Source: the human T2T-CHM13v2.0 reference genome, Homo sapiens
NCBI RefSeq assembly: GCF_009914755.1
Contig: NC_060932.1
Strand: one strand, 5' to 3'
DNA length: 64,000 nucleotides
Positions 12,776-26,875 of this stretch are shown piece after piece. The position numbers and the translations under genes were made by a program. Position 1 is the stretch's first letter, and each line of letters starts with the position of its first letter. The notes under the pieces are model-generated. The model was not told the origin of the DNA and made no database searches. It was given only the letters and a program-made list of their open reading frames with translations.

Positions 12776-15700
12776 GTTAAATACTTTATGAGAGTATCAA
12801 TACCACCTAATCCTTTGCTGAGAATTACTGCTAGAAATGTAGATTCTGAGGTTCCGAAAGTTTGTTTTTGGTTACCCCCTCCAGCTCCTCCCGTGGCCTC
12901 AATTGTCTCTATTTTCTTTGAAAGCATACAGATTTGAAATAGAATTAAATTCTCCTTGGCTCACTCGTGTCTCCATCACCCAGCGGAGCTCATAACTTGG
13001 CAACAAAGCCCATACAGGCTGTGGGAAGCCGCGATGCCTGCTGCCCAGCCTGGTGCCCTCCTATTGTTTAGAGCTGGAGCTGTACAGTGTAAATGGCAGT
13101 GACAGGTCTCCCTTAAGCTGGCTCGTGGGGAAGGAAGGGAGATAACTTTGCAGTGTGCTTAAATTACTCTGGAAAGTGGAAAGAAAACACCTGGTGCTCA
13201 GCTTTTTAACCCTTTCAAGTTGTTATTCAGATTTATTGACACACACACACAGAAAAGTGCAGGCTTTCTTTCCTGCCTAAAAAATAGGCAACCTCTGTGT
13301 TCTTCCTCACAGCCAACTTATGTCCTCTGCAAAATCTGGCACACATCTGTGACAACATTGCACTTCTGGCGTAACTGGTCTATTTCTCAAAAGGGAATAT
13401 GATAGTAGAATAAGCATTTTTGCAGTATGGATAGTAGGACTTCCATTTTCTTCGTTTCCTTTGTTGGTGAAGAAGGTATTTATTATTTTCCCCCCAGTTT
13501 ACACGTAGTGATTTCTGGGAAGATACTTGTATTAATTTCTTGTACTCATTTTTGTGACATCACAACCCCTGGTCATTCAGGTAAGCTATTTATTAAGCAT
13601 AGTTATTCTAGAATAAAGGTGAGTTAATGGTAAACTAGAATCCTTCACTGATAACATCCCATTGGTTTACCCTATGGTATTTAATCTGTAGTATTACTAT
13701 AGATTGTACATGTAAAGTCACTAATTGAACAGAGAGGTGGTTGGTGCCTTGTTAGCCTGACATAAAGTGCTTAGAACAGTGCCTTGCATATAGTTCTAGG
13801 TGTCAGCTAATATTACTTTTAATTTTTCTTATCAAGCTATGTGTTATTTTCTGTTTGGAAAATGGTCGTTTTGATTTTTAAAATTCTGATCTGTTAGGTC
13901 ATGATCTATTTTAAGTCTGTGGTTTTAATTTTAGATCAGGGCTGAGGTTGGGTTGTTATTATGCCTATGACTGACAGGCTTCTCTGCGTATCCTTATGCA
14001 TGGTGAGGGTTGATTTAATTCATCTTATATATTGGATCTCTAAGGGCAAGACATCAGTCTTGAACCCAGTCATGCCCTGGTGCCTTTCATAAGGAGACCT
14101 GGTTGTCTTTAAGAGCCTAATTGTTTAAAGAGAGGCCTCCACATTAGGGAAGACCTGGGCTCTGAACCCCATTCCTTACCTCCCCTGCACTCCCTTGTTC
14201 TCTAGGTTTAGAATCCCACTTCCAATTCCCAATGGAAAGAACCGTTGGTACAGCAGAGTTAAGTAACTCTCACAGTGTTAAAAGATGATAAAAGATAAAT
14301 ATGTCTACTGTATATACAACAACCAGAGCATTTAATTCTTTTTCATGCTTTAAAATATTTTAGAGCAGGATTTATAGCCTAACTAGCTAAGATAAGAAAA
14401 CTCACTTATTTAAAACTACTTATTTGCCATGTGTTAGTAACCAAAGATTGTGTTTCCTATTTAGATATTTTAAATGATTGTCAGGAGTTTACTCTTATTT
14501 CATGTTCTCCTTTCCCCTTTAACTTTGAAGTGACTTTTTAAAAAATCGTGATTCCTAAATAACTTAGCTAAGCGAAGGCATGGTATTAACTCTTAGGGCC
14601 CTGCAGAAGCAAAACTGCTGTAGGCACAGTGGCTTGGCAGTAGATGGTGCTGTGGACAAGGCTGGTGGAGGAGGCATATGTATGGTCTAGTAGAATCCCA
14701 GGGATTAATTTAGCAATCCCATTGTTTGCTGCCCCCCAAAACATACTCTTACCAACCAGACACTGTCCAACAATCTTTTTGGGAATACAGTTTGTTTTTA
14801 AATTTGTACTTTATATGTTCAACATTTGTAGACTATTGGCCATTTTTCTGTCTGAAAGCCATCGCATTTTAGGTGCTAGACAAACATTGCTTGTAAAAAT
14901 ATTATTATGAAACTGTTCACTTTATTTTATTTTCCCATTGTAGAGTCAGATTGATCAGCTGAGCCTAGAGATCTCCAACTAATCTGAACTTTTTTTCATA
15001 CTTAACTTTTTAGGAGAGAGAAACAAATGATCAGAAACCTACTTGCATCTTGAATTTATTTAAGAAAACAACTTCCTAGGGCCAATTCTCATTTACTTTG
15101 ATTTGCATCATTCTTCTGGCTCCTGGTATGATGCAGTGAGAATTGATATTCAGGATGAAGACTGAAGTGTTGCAAAGTCATGACTCATCCAAGAAAAATA
15201 CATTCATTCTATTCAGTACAGACACCAAGGCTAGAAATCTAGTACACTCAGAAAAAGGATTTTCTGGTTCATAATAACAGTTATCTCTAAGGGCTGGCTC
15301 TGGGACCAGCAAAATCCTCGATGGTTGATGGTGGGTGTGGTGTCTCCTCTAAGAGAGAGTAGGTGCTGTTATCCCCTTTCTATAATACAAGTGAAGGGAA
15401 GTGACTTATCTGAGTCACATAGCTAATATGTAGCAAGGTGTGTGTGTCTCCAGACCCCATGAATCTTTCTGTCATGCCAGGAGGAATAACTTCTGCCTTG
15501 TACATTCAGTTGCTGGAAGTGTTTGTGTTTCATACCTTCTTTTCAGGTTTGATGTCAACAAATCTCTTCTCTATAACTCATTGACATACTTTGAATTTTG
15601 TGGTTAACATTTGATTATCAAAGAGTCTAAAATGAGAAAAGGTACGCCACTTTTAGTTTTCAGGGGAAACCTTTTAAGATTTCACAATACCTTGTTAAAG

Positions 15701-17104
15701 ATCGCTTGTTTTAGGAAGGTTGAGGAGAGAGATGGCACATTTAGCTTCTTTGAACTATGTAGACTCTGATAAAAATGTCTTAGATTTAGAAGTAATAAAG
15801 AATGTTGGGTCTGTTTTTGGCTTCGTTGCTCAGGTGTTCTGAGAGCAGCACAGCTCCCCCTATGCCAAGTGACTTTCTTTCCCTTAGGTTAAAGGAGGTT
15901 TATTCATTTTGATCACTTAAGTACATCAGAGGGGATTATGATGATTTTGGAAACATTGAATCAAATCTTCATTTCATATATTCATTTATTTTATTTTAGA
16001 CTTTAGGCAGAGCCTAATATAATTTTTTAATGTTGATTTTTTTGTACTGAAAACATTATAGAAATACAAAAATGTAATATTTGGGAATTGTTCAGAAGAA
16101 AACACATATTATACCCAAAGTGTTTCTCAAAGAAGCTAAATGTAGCATTAACTCTAGACTTTGAAAGGATAAGTTATGGGATGATTTGCATGAAAGATTT
16201 TGGGGAATAGTTGTAGGAAACTTAGTTTTTCATTCTTTGTGAATGTTAACATCCAAACGATTACAGATAATTAAGATATAAGGCTTCTCCACTGTTGCAG
16301 AATTCTTTTTCATCCTGTTTTAAAACAACCTGAGTTTGTTTCTGAATGATCCTTTTGTAATATAAAATTAATGAACTTAAATCATGCCTATGTCATTTTG
16401 ACATCTTAGATTTCCTTATACTTATGGGAAGAAGGGATTGAGTGAGATTTTTACGTTTTTCACATTTTACAGTTCGTCTCATAAGGAAACTCCCATAAGA
16501 AACTGGCATTCAAAGACATAAGCCTTGTTTTTTGTTGTTGTTGTTGTTGTTTTAAAGGAAACTTTAGTAGGTGAAGCAAATTACTTTCTTTGCTCAGTAT
16601 GTTTGGTGATAAAAATAGTGAACATGTGGATGATTACACAGTTTTAAACCGGCATTAAATCTATGACTTTAAAATTGTAAACACTTTAGAGAGAAGTTCA
16701 AAAATGAATACCTAAGCAAAAGGAAACAGTATGTCATTTGGTAGACAGGTTTCTGGAAGAATCAGAAGAATTCTGTGGTATGTTTTATACATCAGGGCAA
16801 GATCAATGGGTTTTGAAATTGTCCAGTTCCAGATGAGGCTTTTAAAAATACAATTCACAGGCATATGGGAAATTTTTGAGTGGTTGTGTTGTAATGCAAA
16901 ACATTTTTTTCCTCACAGCCCCATTAGAAGTTTATTTCATCTTTTTAATTTTATTTTTTAGGAGGAATCACATATAGCCTTCAAAACGATCATTCTCGCC
17001 AGTGATTTTTTTTTTGTCCCATTAACTGGAACTTAATATAAATAAAAAATAAGTAATTATGCAAAAGAACATAGTTTACTAAGTTCCTCTACTATGATGA
17101 TTAT

Positions 17105-17760
17105 ATTAAACAGATATTGATAGAGGACGTATTGTGTGCCAGGTACTTTGAATAAACATCAGTCAGGAAAGACAAGGTTCCTTCCTCTTTGAGGCTTTAT
17201 TGTGTAAAGTGGGAAAATAGATAATAAATTAAATGAATAAATGAAAAGCGAATTTAAGGCAGTAATAAGTGCAGTCGAGAATGGGGGCCACTTTTCCATC
17301 TGGGCTTGGTGGTCTGGGAGGGCTTTACTGAGGACTTTAGAGCTGACTTCAGTGAAAAGAAGGCAACATGTTTGGGCATGTGTGGGACTAAATATATATA
17401 CACATCCATGAATGTGGAGTGTCTACAAAAGGGTTTGAAGATAAGTCTTTGCATTTTATTCATCAAACTTCACCGAAGGACTGTAGTCAACAAGCAAAAA
17501 CTGTGCAAGATTAAAAGCCTGAAGAAGAATACACAAATATTCTTATTTATAAAACGAGTATTTATTTTAAAAATTCTTATTTATAAAATGACCTCTGCAA
17601 GGTCTCTGGGCATTGAGGATGGCCCATGCAAAGGCCCTGTGACAGGCAGAACCTGCCCTTGTGAGGAACAGGAGATAGCAGCCAAGGAACCAGGTCAGCA
17701 GGGCCTTATGGACCACAGCGGAGTTGGGGTTGGGGTGGAGTGTTTCCATTTAGTTTGAGT
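17105..17760 (-). mobile_element. L2 3' fragment interrupted by the left arm of the inverted duplication
   Basis: TGTGTGCCAGGTACT, GGGAGGGCTTTACTGAGGA..GAGCTGA before 17365; GCAAAGGCCCTGTG and CAGGGCCTTATGGACCA after 17590. Confidence 0.65.
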
Positions 17761-18115
17761 ATAGGGGAAGCTGCCAGATGGATGATGGATGATGGATGGT
17801 AGATTATTGTCTCAGTTTCTGCTAAGTTCTTTTATGTTACTTATGATATCACATCTCATTGTAATGACTTTTGTTAGTACATTGATTTTGATGCTGTTTG
17901 TATTTTTCAACAGGAAATCATACTCATTTTAGAAATAAGAATATTTGTGTATTCTTCTTCAGGCTTTTAATCTTGCACAGTTTTTGCTTGTTGACTACAA
18001 TCCTTGGGTGAAGTTTAATGAATAAAATGCCAAGATTTATCTTCAATCCTTTTGTAGACACTCCACATTCATGGATGTGTATATATATTTAGTCACACAC
18101 GTGCCCAGACATGTT
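17365..18115. repeat. Inverted duplication: arms 17365-17561 and 17920-18115, 358-bp spacer
   Basis: Manual alignment of left arm with reverse complement of right arm: about 11 substitutions and 1 indel over ~197 bp, with perfect runs of ~47 and ~67 bp. Confidence 0.97.
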
Positions 18116-19301
18116 AGTCAGTTTACTTTCTCTGGCTACCACGGGGGCCACCATTTCTACTCTTGGTCAAAAAGAGACATTTGGAAATTGGGCATTCAGC
18201 AATTTTGGGAAATACCAGTGAATCCTGATTACGCTTGTGTGTTTTTACCACATAGTTAAAACAAGGTGAGAGTTGGGAGGTTCATTGTACAGTTGACTGT
18301 GAGTTGGGGATTTAAAAAAAATTCCTTTAATCTATCCCTAGCCAGTGTCCTTTCAAATGATCATTTATTGGAATGTTGTGATTTTAAAATCAGATTTTTT
18401 CCCCCCAATACATTTTATTCTTGTTTAGTGACAATGATAGAAGAAGAGAAATCATTGTGTGGGTTGTTAATATGACTAGTCATGGGTGCTCTTCACAGCT
18501 TCTGTTGGCTTTGTTCCAACCTGCAACATGCACCCGGGTGTGTAACCATAAACCGTTTTATAATGTTTTGGTAAAGTGGCCACAGTTTTTGCGGGGATAG
18601 ACTGCCTGCCTAGTAACTTAGTTCCTTAATTTAATGAAGATTTTTTTTTCTAGTTCTTCTTAGTGAATCTGTATGTTCCTCTCTTATTGGTGGAGAGTAG
18701 TACAGTCATATAAATATATATTTTGTGGGTAGTTGAAATGTTCTTTTAGGTAGTGCCAGAGAATATCTGTGGTCTGCCTGTATTATTTGGAAATTGACTT
18801 CAAATGAATTTTCCATGGAAGCAGTGAAAGTGCCACACTTGTCATGGAGCTAGTGTGTGCAGGTGTGTGTGTGTGTGTGAGAAAGGGGCCTAGTGTTCAG
18901 TATACACATAGCATTTCCTGTTTTTCCAGTTAGAAGTGGCTCTGCCCTTGCCTCAATGTGACATGTGTTTTAACTCATGTGGCCTGATTTGCTTGTTTGA
19001 TTTTTCTTACAGGTATTTTTCATTCCAGGATTCACTAGCGTTACAAGATCGAACTGTTTTGATTGTTCATCCCTGGTTGTTATCTCTACCAGCCTTTTTC
19101 TGAGTAATTTCAGTGTGAAGCATGCTGCTGTTTAGGTACTGTGAGTTATCCATAAAGGGACCAAATCGCAGGGCCCTTTAATTAAGCATACCGGCATATT
19201 AGCAAATACCTTTATACGTTTTGTGCCAGAGATACTTAAGTATCTTCATTTTCTTTGGACTTTTCATTTTACCAGATGGTATTAATTATTCACATATACC
19301 T

Positions 19302-19766
19302 TGTATTAGTGAGAGAACCAGAGAACCAGAACCAATAGAATATACATAGAAAAAAAGAGATTTATTACAAGGAATTGTCTTACATGATTATGGAGGCTGA
19401 GAAGTCCCATGATCTGCTGTCTCCAAGATGGAGACCCAGGAGAACCAATGGTATAAGTTCTAGTATAAGGTCAGGAAAATATAGATGTATTAGCTAAGCA
19501 GCTAGAGAGAGAGAGAGAGAAAGAGAGAGACAGAGAGAGAGACAGAGAGAATTCAATCTTTCTTCACCTTTTTGTTCCATTTGGGCCTTCTACTGGTTGG
19601 ATAATGCCCACCCACATTGGGGAGGGCCTTTTCCTTTACTCAGTCCATCAATTCAATGCTGATTTCCTCCAGAAACACCCACAGGTACAGCCAGAAATAA
19701 TGTTTAACAAGATATCTGGGCACCCCAGTAGACCAATCAAGTAGACACATAAAATTAACAATCACA
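19302..19766 (-). mobile_element. MLT2 (ERVL) LTR with internal (GA)n
   Basis: TGTATTAGT...CAGAACCAATAG...GATTATGGAGGCTGAGAAGTCCC...ACACATAAAATTAACAATCACA. Confidence 0.88.
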
Positions 19767-21454
19767 TATCTGTAATACAATCAGAGTCAGGTTTTGTTAA
19801 AACATTTTTGTAAAAGTATACTTCCCAAGTTGGTTTAAATGAGCTGACTCCAAGAGTGTTAACACCAGGTACCACTTCTCTAAGTCCTGCTTCTCTACAA
19901 AGTCTTTCTCAGTAGTGCTAGCAACATCATACTTTTTCCTTCCTGACCAACACTTCCTTTATTGAACCAATTGATGGCAGCATTTTTGGTGTATTCTTGG
20001 TTTTGTGAGTGTATCTTCTGTAAGACAGTAAGTTCATCCACAATGAAGACAGTATCTACTGGCATACCTTGGAGACAAATTGTGGGTTTGATTCCAGACC
20101 ACCACCATAAAGTGAGTATTACAATAAAGTGAGTCACTTGAATTTTTTGGTTTCTGGGTGCATATAAAAATTATGCTTAAACTATACTGTAGTCTATTAA
20201 GTGTGCAATAGCATTGTCTAAGAAAACAATGTACATACCTTAATTAAAATACTTTATTGCTAAAAAATGCTGATGATCATCTGAGCCTTCAGCAAGTCAT
20301 ACTCTTTCTGCTGCTGGAGGTTCTTGCCTTAGTGTTGATGGCTGGTGACTGATCAGGGTGGCAGTTACTGCATGTTTGGGTAGCTGTGGCAGTTTCTTAA
20401 AATAAGACAGTAATGAAGTTTGCTGCATCAACTGACTCTTCCTTTCACCAAAGATTTCTCTAGAGCATGTGTTGCTGTTTGATAGCACTTTCCCCATAGT
20501 AGAACTTTCAAAATTGTAGTCAGTCTTCTCAAACCCTGCCACTGTTTTATCAACTAAGTTATGTAATATTCTAAATTGTTTGTTGTCCTTTCAACAGTGT
20601 TTAGAGCATCTTCAGCAGGAGTAGATTCCATCTCAAGAAATGAGTCTTTATTTTTTCATCCATAATAAGCAACTCCTCATCTGTTAGTTTTATCATGAGA
20701 TTGCAGCAATTCAGTCACATCTTCAGGCTCCGCTTGTAACTCTAGTTCTCTTGCTATTTCCACCGGATCTGCAATTACTCCTCCATGGGAGTCTTGAACC
20801 TCTCAAAGTCATCTATGAGAGTTGGGATCAACTTCTTCCAAACTCCTGTTAATGTTAATATTTTGATCTCCTCCCATGAATCATGACCGTTCTTAATGGT
20901 ATTTAGAATGGTGAATCCTTTCCAGAAGGTTTTTGATTTACTTTTCCACTTTTCCTGGATACATCAGAGCAATCAGTATCTATGGCAGCTATAGCCTTAC
21001 AAAGGGTATTCCTTAAGTAATAAGACTTGAAAGTTGAAATTACTCATTGATCCATGTGCTGCAGAATGAATGTTGTGTTAGCAGGCATGAAAACAACATT
21101 TATGTCTTTGTACATCTCTATCAGAGCTTTTGGGTGACCAGGGGCATTGTAATTGAGCAGTAATATTTTGAAAGGAATCTTTTTCCTGAGCAGTGGGTCT
21201 CAACAATGGTCTTAAAATATTCAGTAGATCATACTGTAAACAGATGTGCTGTCATCCAGGCTTTGTTGTGTAGAGCACTGAGAGAGTAGACTTAGTATCA
21301 TTCTTAAGAGCCCTGGGACATTCAGAATGGTAAGTCAGCATTGGCTTCAACTTCAAGTTACCAACTGCATTAGCTTCTAATGAGAGAGTCAGCCTGTCTT
21401 TTGAAGCTTTGAAGCCAGACATTGACTTCTCCCTCTAGCTATGAAAGTTTTGAC

Positions 21455-21755
21455 CAGCAGTCCCCAACATTTTTGGCACCAGGGACCAGTTTTGTGGAAG
21501 ACAGTTTTTCCACGGACTGGGGGATGGGGTGGGGGAGGGGGATGGTTTCATGATGATTCAAGCTCATTACATTTTTCATTAGATTCTCCTAAGAAGCACG
21601 CAACCCAGATCCCTTGCATGCACAGTTCACAATAAGGTTCGTGCTCCTTTGAGAATCTAATGCCTCCACTGATCTGACAGAAGATGGATTGCTTGCCTGC
21701 CACTCACCTCTTGCTGTGCAGCCTAGTTCCTAAACCCAGGGATTGGGGTCCCCTG
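21455..21755. mobile_element. MER1B (hAT-Charlie) nested in Tigger1
   Basis: CAGCAGTCCCCAACATTTTTGGCACCAGGGACCAGTTTTGTGGAAGACA ... GGGGTCCCCTG. Confidence 0.85.
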
Positions 21756-21858
21756 TCCTAGATGACATCTTCTTCCAATATAAGGCCATTTTGTCTACAC
21801 TGAAAACCTGTTGTCTAGTTGTAGCCATCTTCATCAATGATCTTAGCTCCATATTCTA

Positions 21859-22276
<418 letters not shown>

Positions 22277-24074
22277 TTATTCCTTTGCAGCTCTGTCATC
22301 TCTCTCAGCCTTCATTGAAGAGAGTTAAGGCCTTGCTCTGGATTGGGCCTTGACTTACGGGAATATTGTGGCTGGTTTAATTTTTTATCCAGACCACTAA
22401 AACTGTCTCCCGAGAATCGATAAGGCTGTTTTGCTTTCTCATCCTTTGTGAGTTAGCTGGAGTAGCAGTTTAAGTTTTCTTCAAGAACTTTCCTTTGCAT
22501 GCCCAACTTGGTTCACTGTTTGGCTAAAGAGGCCTAGTTTTGACCTGTCGTGGCTTTTGACATGCCTTCCTCATTAAGCAAAATCATTTATAGCGGTTGA
22601 TTTAAAGTGAGAGATGTGTGACTCTTCCCTTCACTTTAACACTTAGAGGCCTTTGTAGGGTTATTAATTGGCCTCATGTCAATATTGTTGTGTCTGAGAG
22701 GATAGGGAGGCCTGAGCAGAGGAAGAGATTGGGGCAGGGGCGGGGAGCAGTCAGTGGAGCAGTCAGAACACATACATTTATTGGTTATGTTTGCTATCTT
22801 TTGTGGTTACGGTTTGTAGTGCCCCAAACAATTACAATGGTAACATTGAAGATCCCTGATCACACATCACCTTAACAGGTATAATAACGAAAAAGTTTAA
22901 AATATTGTGCGAATTACCAAAATGTGATACACAGACCAGAAGTGAGCACATACTTATGGCACTGATGAACTTGTTTGATGCTGAATTGCCACAGACCTTC
23001 TATTTGTAAAAAAACATTATCTTTGGAGCATGTTAAAGTGAAGTGCAGTAAAGCAAGGTATGCCTGTGTATTTTTCCATGGTGAACATTGTCTATGAAAC
23101 AAAAACAGTGGTGTCGTTGATACCCCTTTCCTCCCTAATCTGTGTGGTCTCTGTAAGGTGCACATGGAGATGACTATTACAGCCGTTAGCATCTCTTACT
23201 TTTACCAAGTCTGAGTCTCCATTTTATGAATTATCCCCAACAAAACTTACATTCAGGTGTAAAGTGATGGCAGTTACTTCGTACAATTACATCTTATTTA
23301 GAGGTTTCATTCCTATTTACTCTTCAGATTTTGACTAGGTAAAGAAGTGTTCTGAAACTTGAAAATAACATTTTCTGGTATAACAGAAGATAGTTATTTG
23401 ATTTGATGGTAACTACCATTTATTGCCTAACGTGGTGATATCAGGAAGGAACAGGGCTCTTTATCATTTTTTTTTCAGAAACTGTCATTCACAGCTGGCT
23501 TTTCCTCCATTAGCACATGAAATCAATCACAATAATAATAATGACAATGATATTATTATTCAGGCAGATCCTTATATCATGCTTACTATTTCCTGGCACT
23601 ATTTTGTACTTGCGTGATGGCTCTGTCAGTTTATGGTTGAAATAGTTGATGTGCTCCTGCTTATGTGCAATTTTAGCTTTGCTTTCTGAGAGTTTAGGTG
23701 TCAAGTAGTAAAGAACTGAGCAGTTGCATATAACTAAAACTTAATAATTTCTCTGAGTTCACTTTTAGACTCACTTGTTTAGAATGCTCTGGACTTTCCA
23801 ACGGCTCTTCATCTGTTCCTCTTTGGTCCAGGAGTTAGTTTGAGACTAGAATCAACTACAGACACTGGCTTGGGATAAGGCCTAAGGGACTGTGACAGTA
23901 GTGGGTGGCCATGGCACCCTAGTGCTATGGCCATGGCAGGGTTCAGTAGGCTGACTGTGGGTCTTTAAACCCCAGGGAAGAGTTTTATCTAGACCTCCTA
24001 GGGTAAAACTGGCTGGGTCCAAGTGTAATAAAGCTAAAACTTCTCACTAAGGACATTTCAGTATTAGGACCTGA

Positions 24075-24381
<307 letters not shown>

Positions 24382-24386
24382 TAATT

Positions 24387-24388
<2 letters not shown>

Positions 24389-24428
<40 letters not shown>
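24389..24428. repeat. (TA)20 microsatellite
   Basis: Uninterrupted TA run. Confidence 0.97.
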
Positions 24429-24432
<4 letters not shown>

Positions 24433-24988
24433 TCCAAAACCAGAGTTTGCATTTTGGTCAGCTGATATGGTGATTATTGATGTCCCTAGTCACTGACACC
24501 GCTGCCATTTCCTAGCCAACCAGTATTTCAGTGCCTACAATGTGCCAGGCACCATGCTGCTACCTAGGTGGGTGGAAGTCGAGTCTTCCCTCGCCCTGAA
24601 GTACTGGGTAACTGTAAGCCCCATGGGCCTCTTCTCTTAGCTGGAATGTCATCTTCACCTTCACCATCTCTTAAAACGTCACTTCTCTGGTCTGAACCCC
24701 AAGTCACTGCCTGGTGTAACAGAAGTGAACTGCCCTCACAGGTGCTCTGTCCTCATGAGCCCTCTGAAATGTCCTGTTGCCTTTTTTAAGAAATGGCTTT
24801 AGAGTCCATTGCTATTGTTGAAATTGTCCATGCACTTTGTGTATCGGATCACGTGGGTCCCACTGTTTCCTACCAGACGCGGGTGATGCAGCATCAGTGG
24901 AACAAAGATACGTCTTTTTAGTTTGGAAGAAAAATGAGGTTTCATCCCATTTTCTTTTTACCATCACTTTTCCACCCCTCCATCCCTC

Positions 24989-25346
24989 TGCTATGGTCTG
25001 AATGTTTGTGGTTCCCCAGAATTCATATATTCAGATCTAATCCTCAAGGGGATGGTATTCAGAGGTAGGGCCTTGGCAAGTGATTAGATGATGAGGGTGG
25101 AGCCCTTATGAATGGGATTAGTGCCCTTGTAAAAGAAACCCCAGAGGACTCCCCTCCTCCTTCAGCTGTGTGAGAAGACAGTGAGAAGGTGCCACCTGGG
25201 AACCAGGAAGGGGACCCTCATCAGACGCTGGATCTGCTGGCCTTGATCTTGGGCTTCCAACCTCCAGGACTGTGAGAAATTTGTGTGGTTTATAAGCTGT
25301 CTAGTTTACAGAATTTTGTTATAGAAGCCCCAATGGACTAAGGCAC
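24989..25346 (+). mobile_element. MLT1A-type MaLR LTR
   Basis: TGCTATGGTCTGAATGTTTGTG...ATGAATGGGATTAGTGCCCTTGTAAAAGA...GGACTAAGGCA. Confidence 0.88.
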
Positions 25347-25631
25347 CTAGGCATTATGCTAGGTGCTGGGAATACTTGTAACAAAAAGTAATGCAAATAG
25401 AATGTTACGTCAGAAGGTGTTATTTTCTTCTTTACATATTTATACGTAAAGTAACAAAATTCCTGTAAGATATATTTTTTCTATCAACAAGAAGGTAAAT
25501 TTCTCGTGCCTAAAATAGCAAATATAGCTACAAGCAAGGCAGTTTTTATCTGTGCTCATAGATGTTTAATAGATTCATTGAAGCTCTGTGGTCTAATGAA
25601 ATGACAGTGTAGGAGTCGTGAAAAGCTTGCA

Positions 25632-26212
<581 letters not shown>

Positions 26213-26875
26213 TGGAGGGGACTCAATGAATACTTCTCCGTGCATCTGAACTAAGGCTGACACCAGGTATGAGCTCCATGAGTGGGAGAGGCCTCCACAC
26301 TGCAGGTGGAAGACAGGCCAGTATCCGCAGACTGTGTTCTTGCAGCTGATGCTCAGCAGCTCACCAGAGCCCGAGTCCCCATTGACATCCCTCATCCTAG
26401 TTTTTCTTCTTTATCTGACCCTGAAATACCTCTCCTGTCTGGCTCCTCTCTATTTCTGGGTACCCCTCCACCTTAGTTCAGGCCTTGGTCATCTTTTCCT
26501 TCCTCTCTGCTCTCTCTGCCTCTGAATAAAGACAAGAGAAGAAACAACCCCATCTTTATGATGCTCAAGTAACTTGAATGCACAGACGTAAATTATATCT
26601 CTGCCTGACCACTAGACAGGGGACTTGATAGGGGGACGTAAGTCACATTCCAGCCAGCGGAGTCTTGTGAATATCTGCTTTGGTCTTAAACCTCTCTGCT
26701 GCTTTGAGAGTAGTTTGTATCTGGAGATTTAGGTAGATTATATCTCGGGTGTTGAAGGAGTTTGCAGATGGGAGCGAAGTACCACTGTTGATAATAACCT
26801 GAGAGTTTGTGGAGAACACAAAAGGCACTGGGATCGAGGTAAATGCCTGGATTTTGCAGAAGGTACCAAGAAATC

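Noticed and set aside
12752-12852. Possible C/D box snoRNA ending in CTGA
   Set aside because: No RTGATGA C box and no convincing terminal stem.
11631-12927. Long overlapping ORFs (111-241 aa) on both strands
   Set aside because: Pro/Gly/Arg/Ala-rich frames expected from stop-codon scarcity in a CpG island; they run through the splice donor and match no protein I recognise.
17306-17758. 150-aa ORF across the left arm
   Set aside because: Non-ATG start, chimeric between L2 and the inverted copy, no recognisable homology.
20297-20542. TIGD1-like peptide as a domesticated transposase gene
   Set aside because: Only a C-terminal remnant; the Tigger1 ORF is broken by stops and by MER1B and Alu insertions.
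23908-23940. Short hairpin GCCATGGCAC-CCTA-GTGCTATGGC
   Set aside because: A 10-bp stem is within chance expectation for 64 kb.
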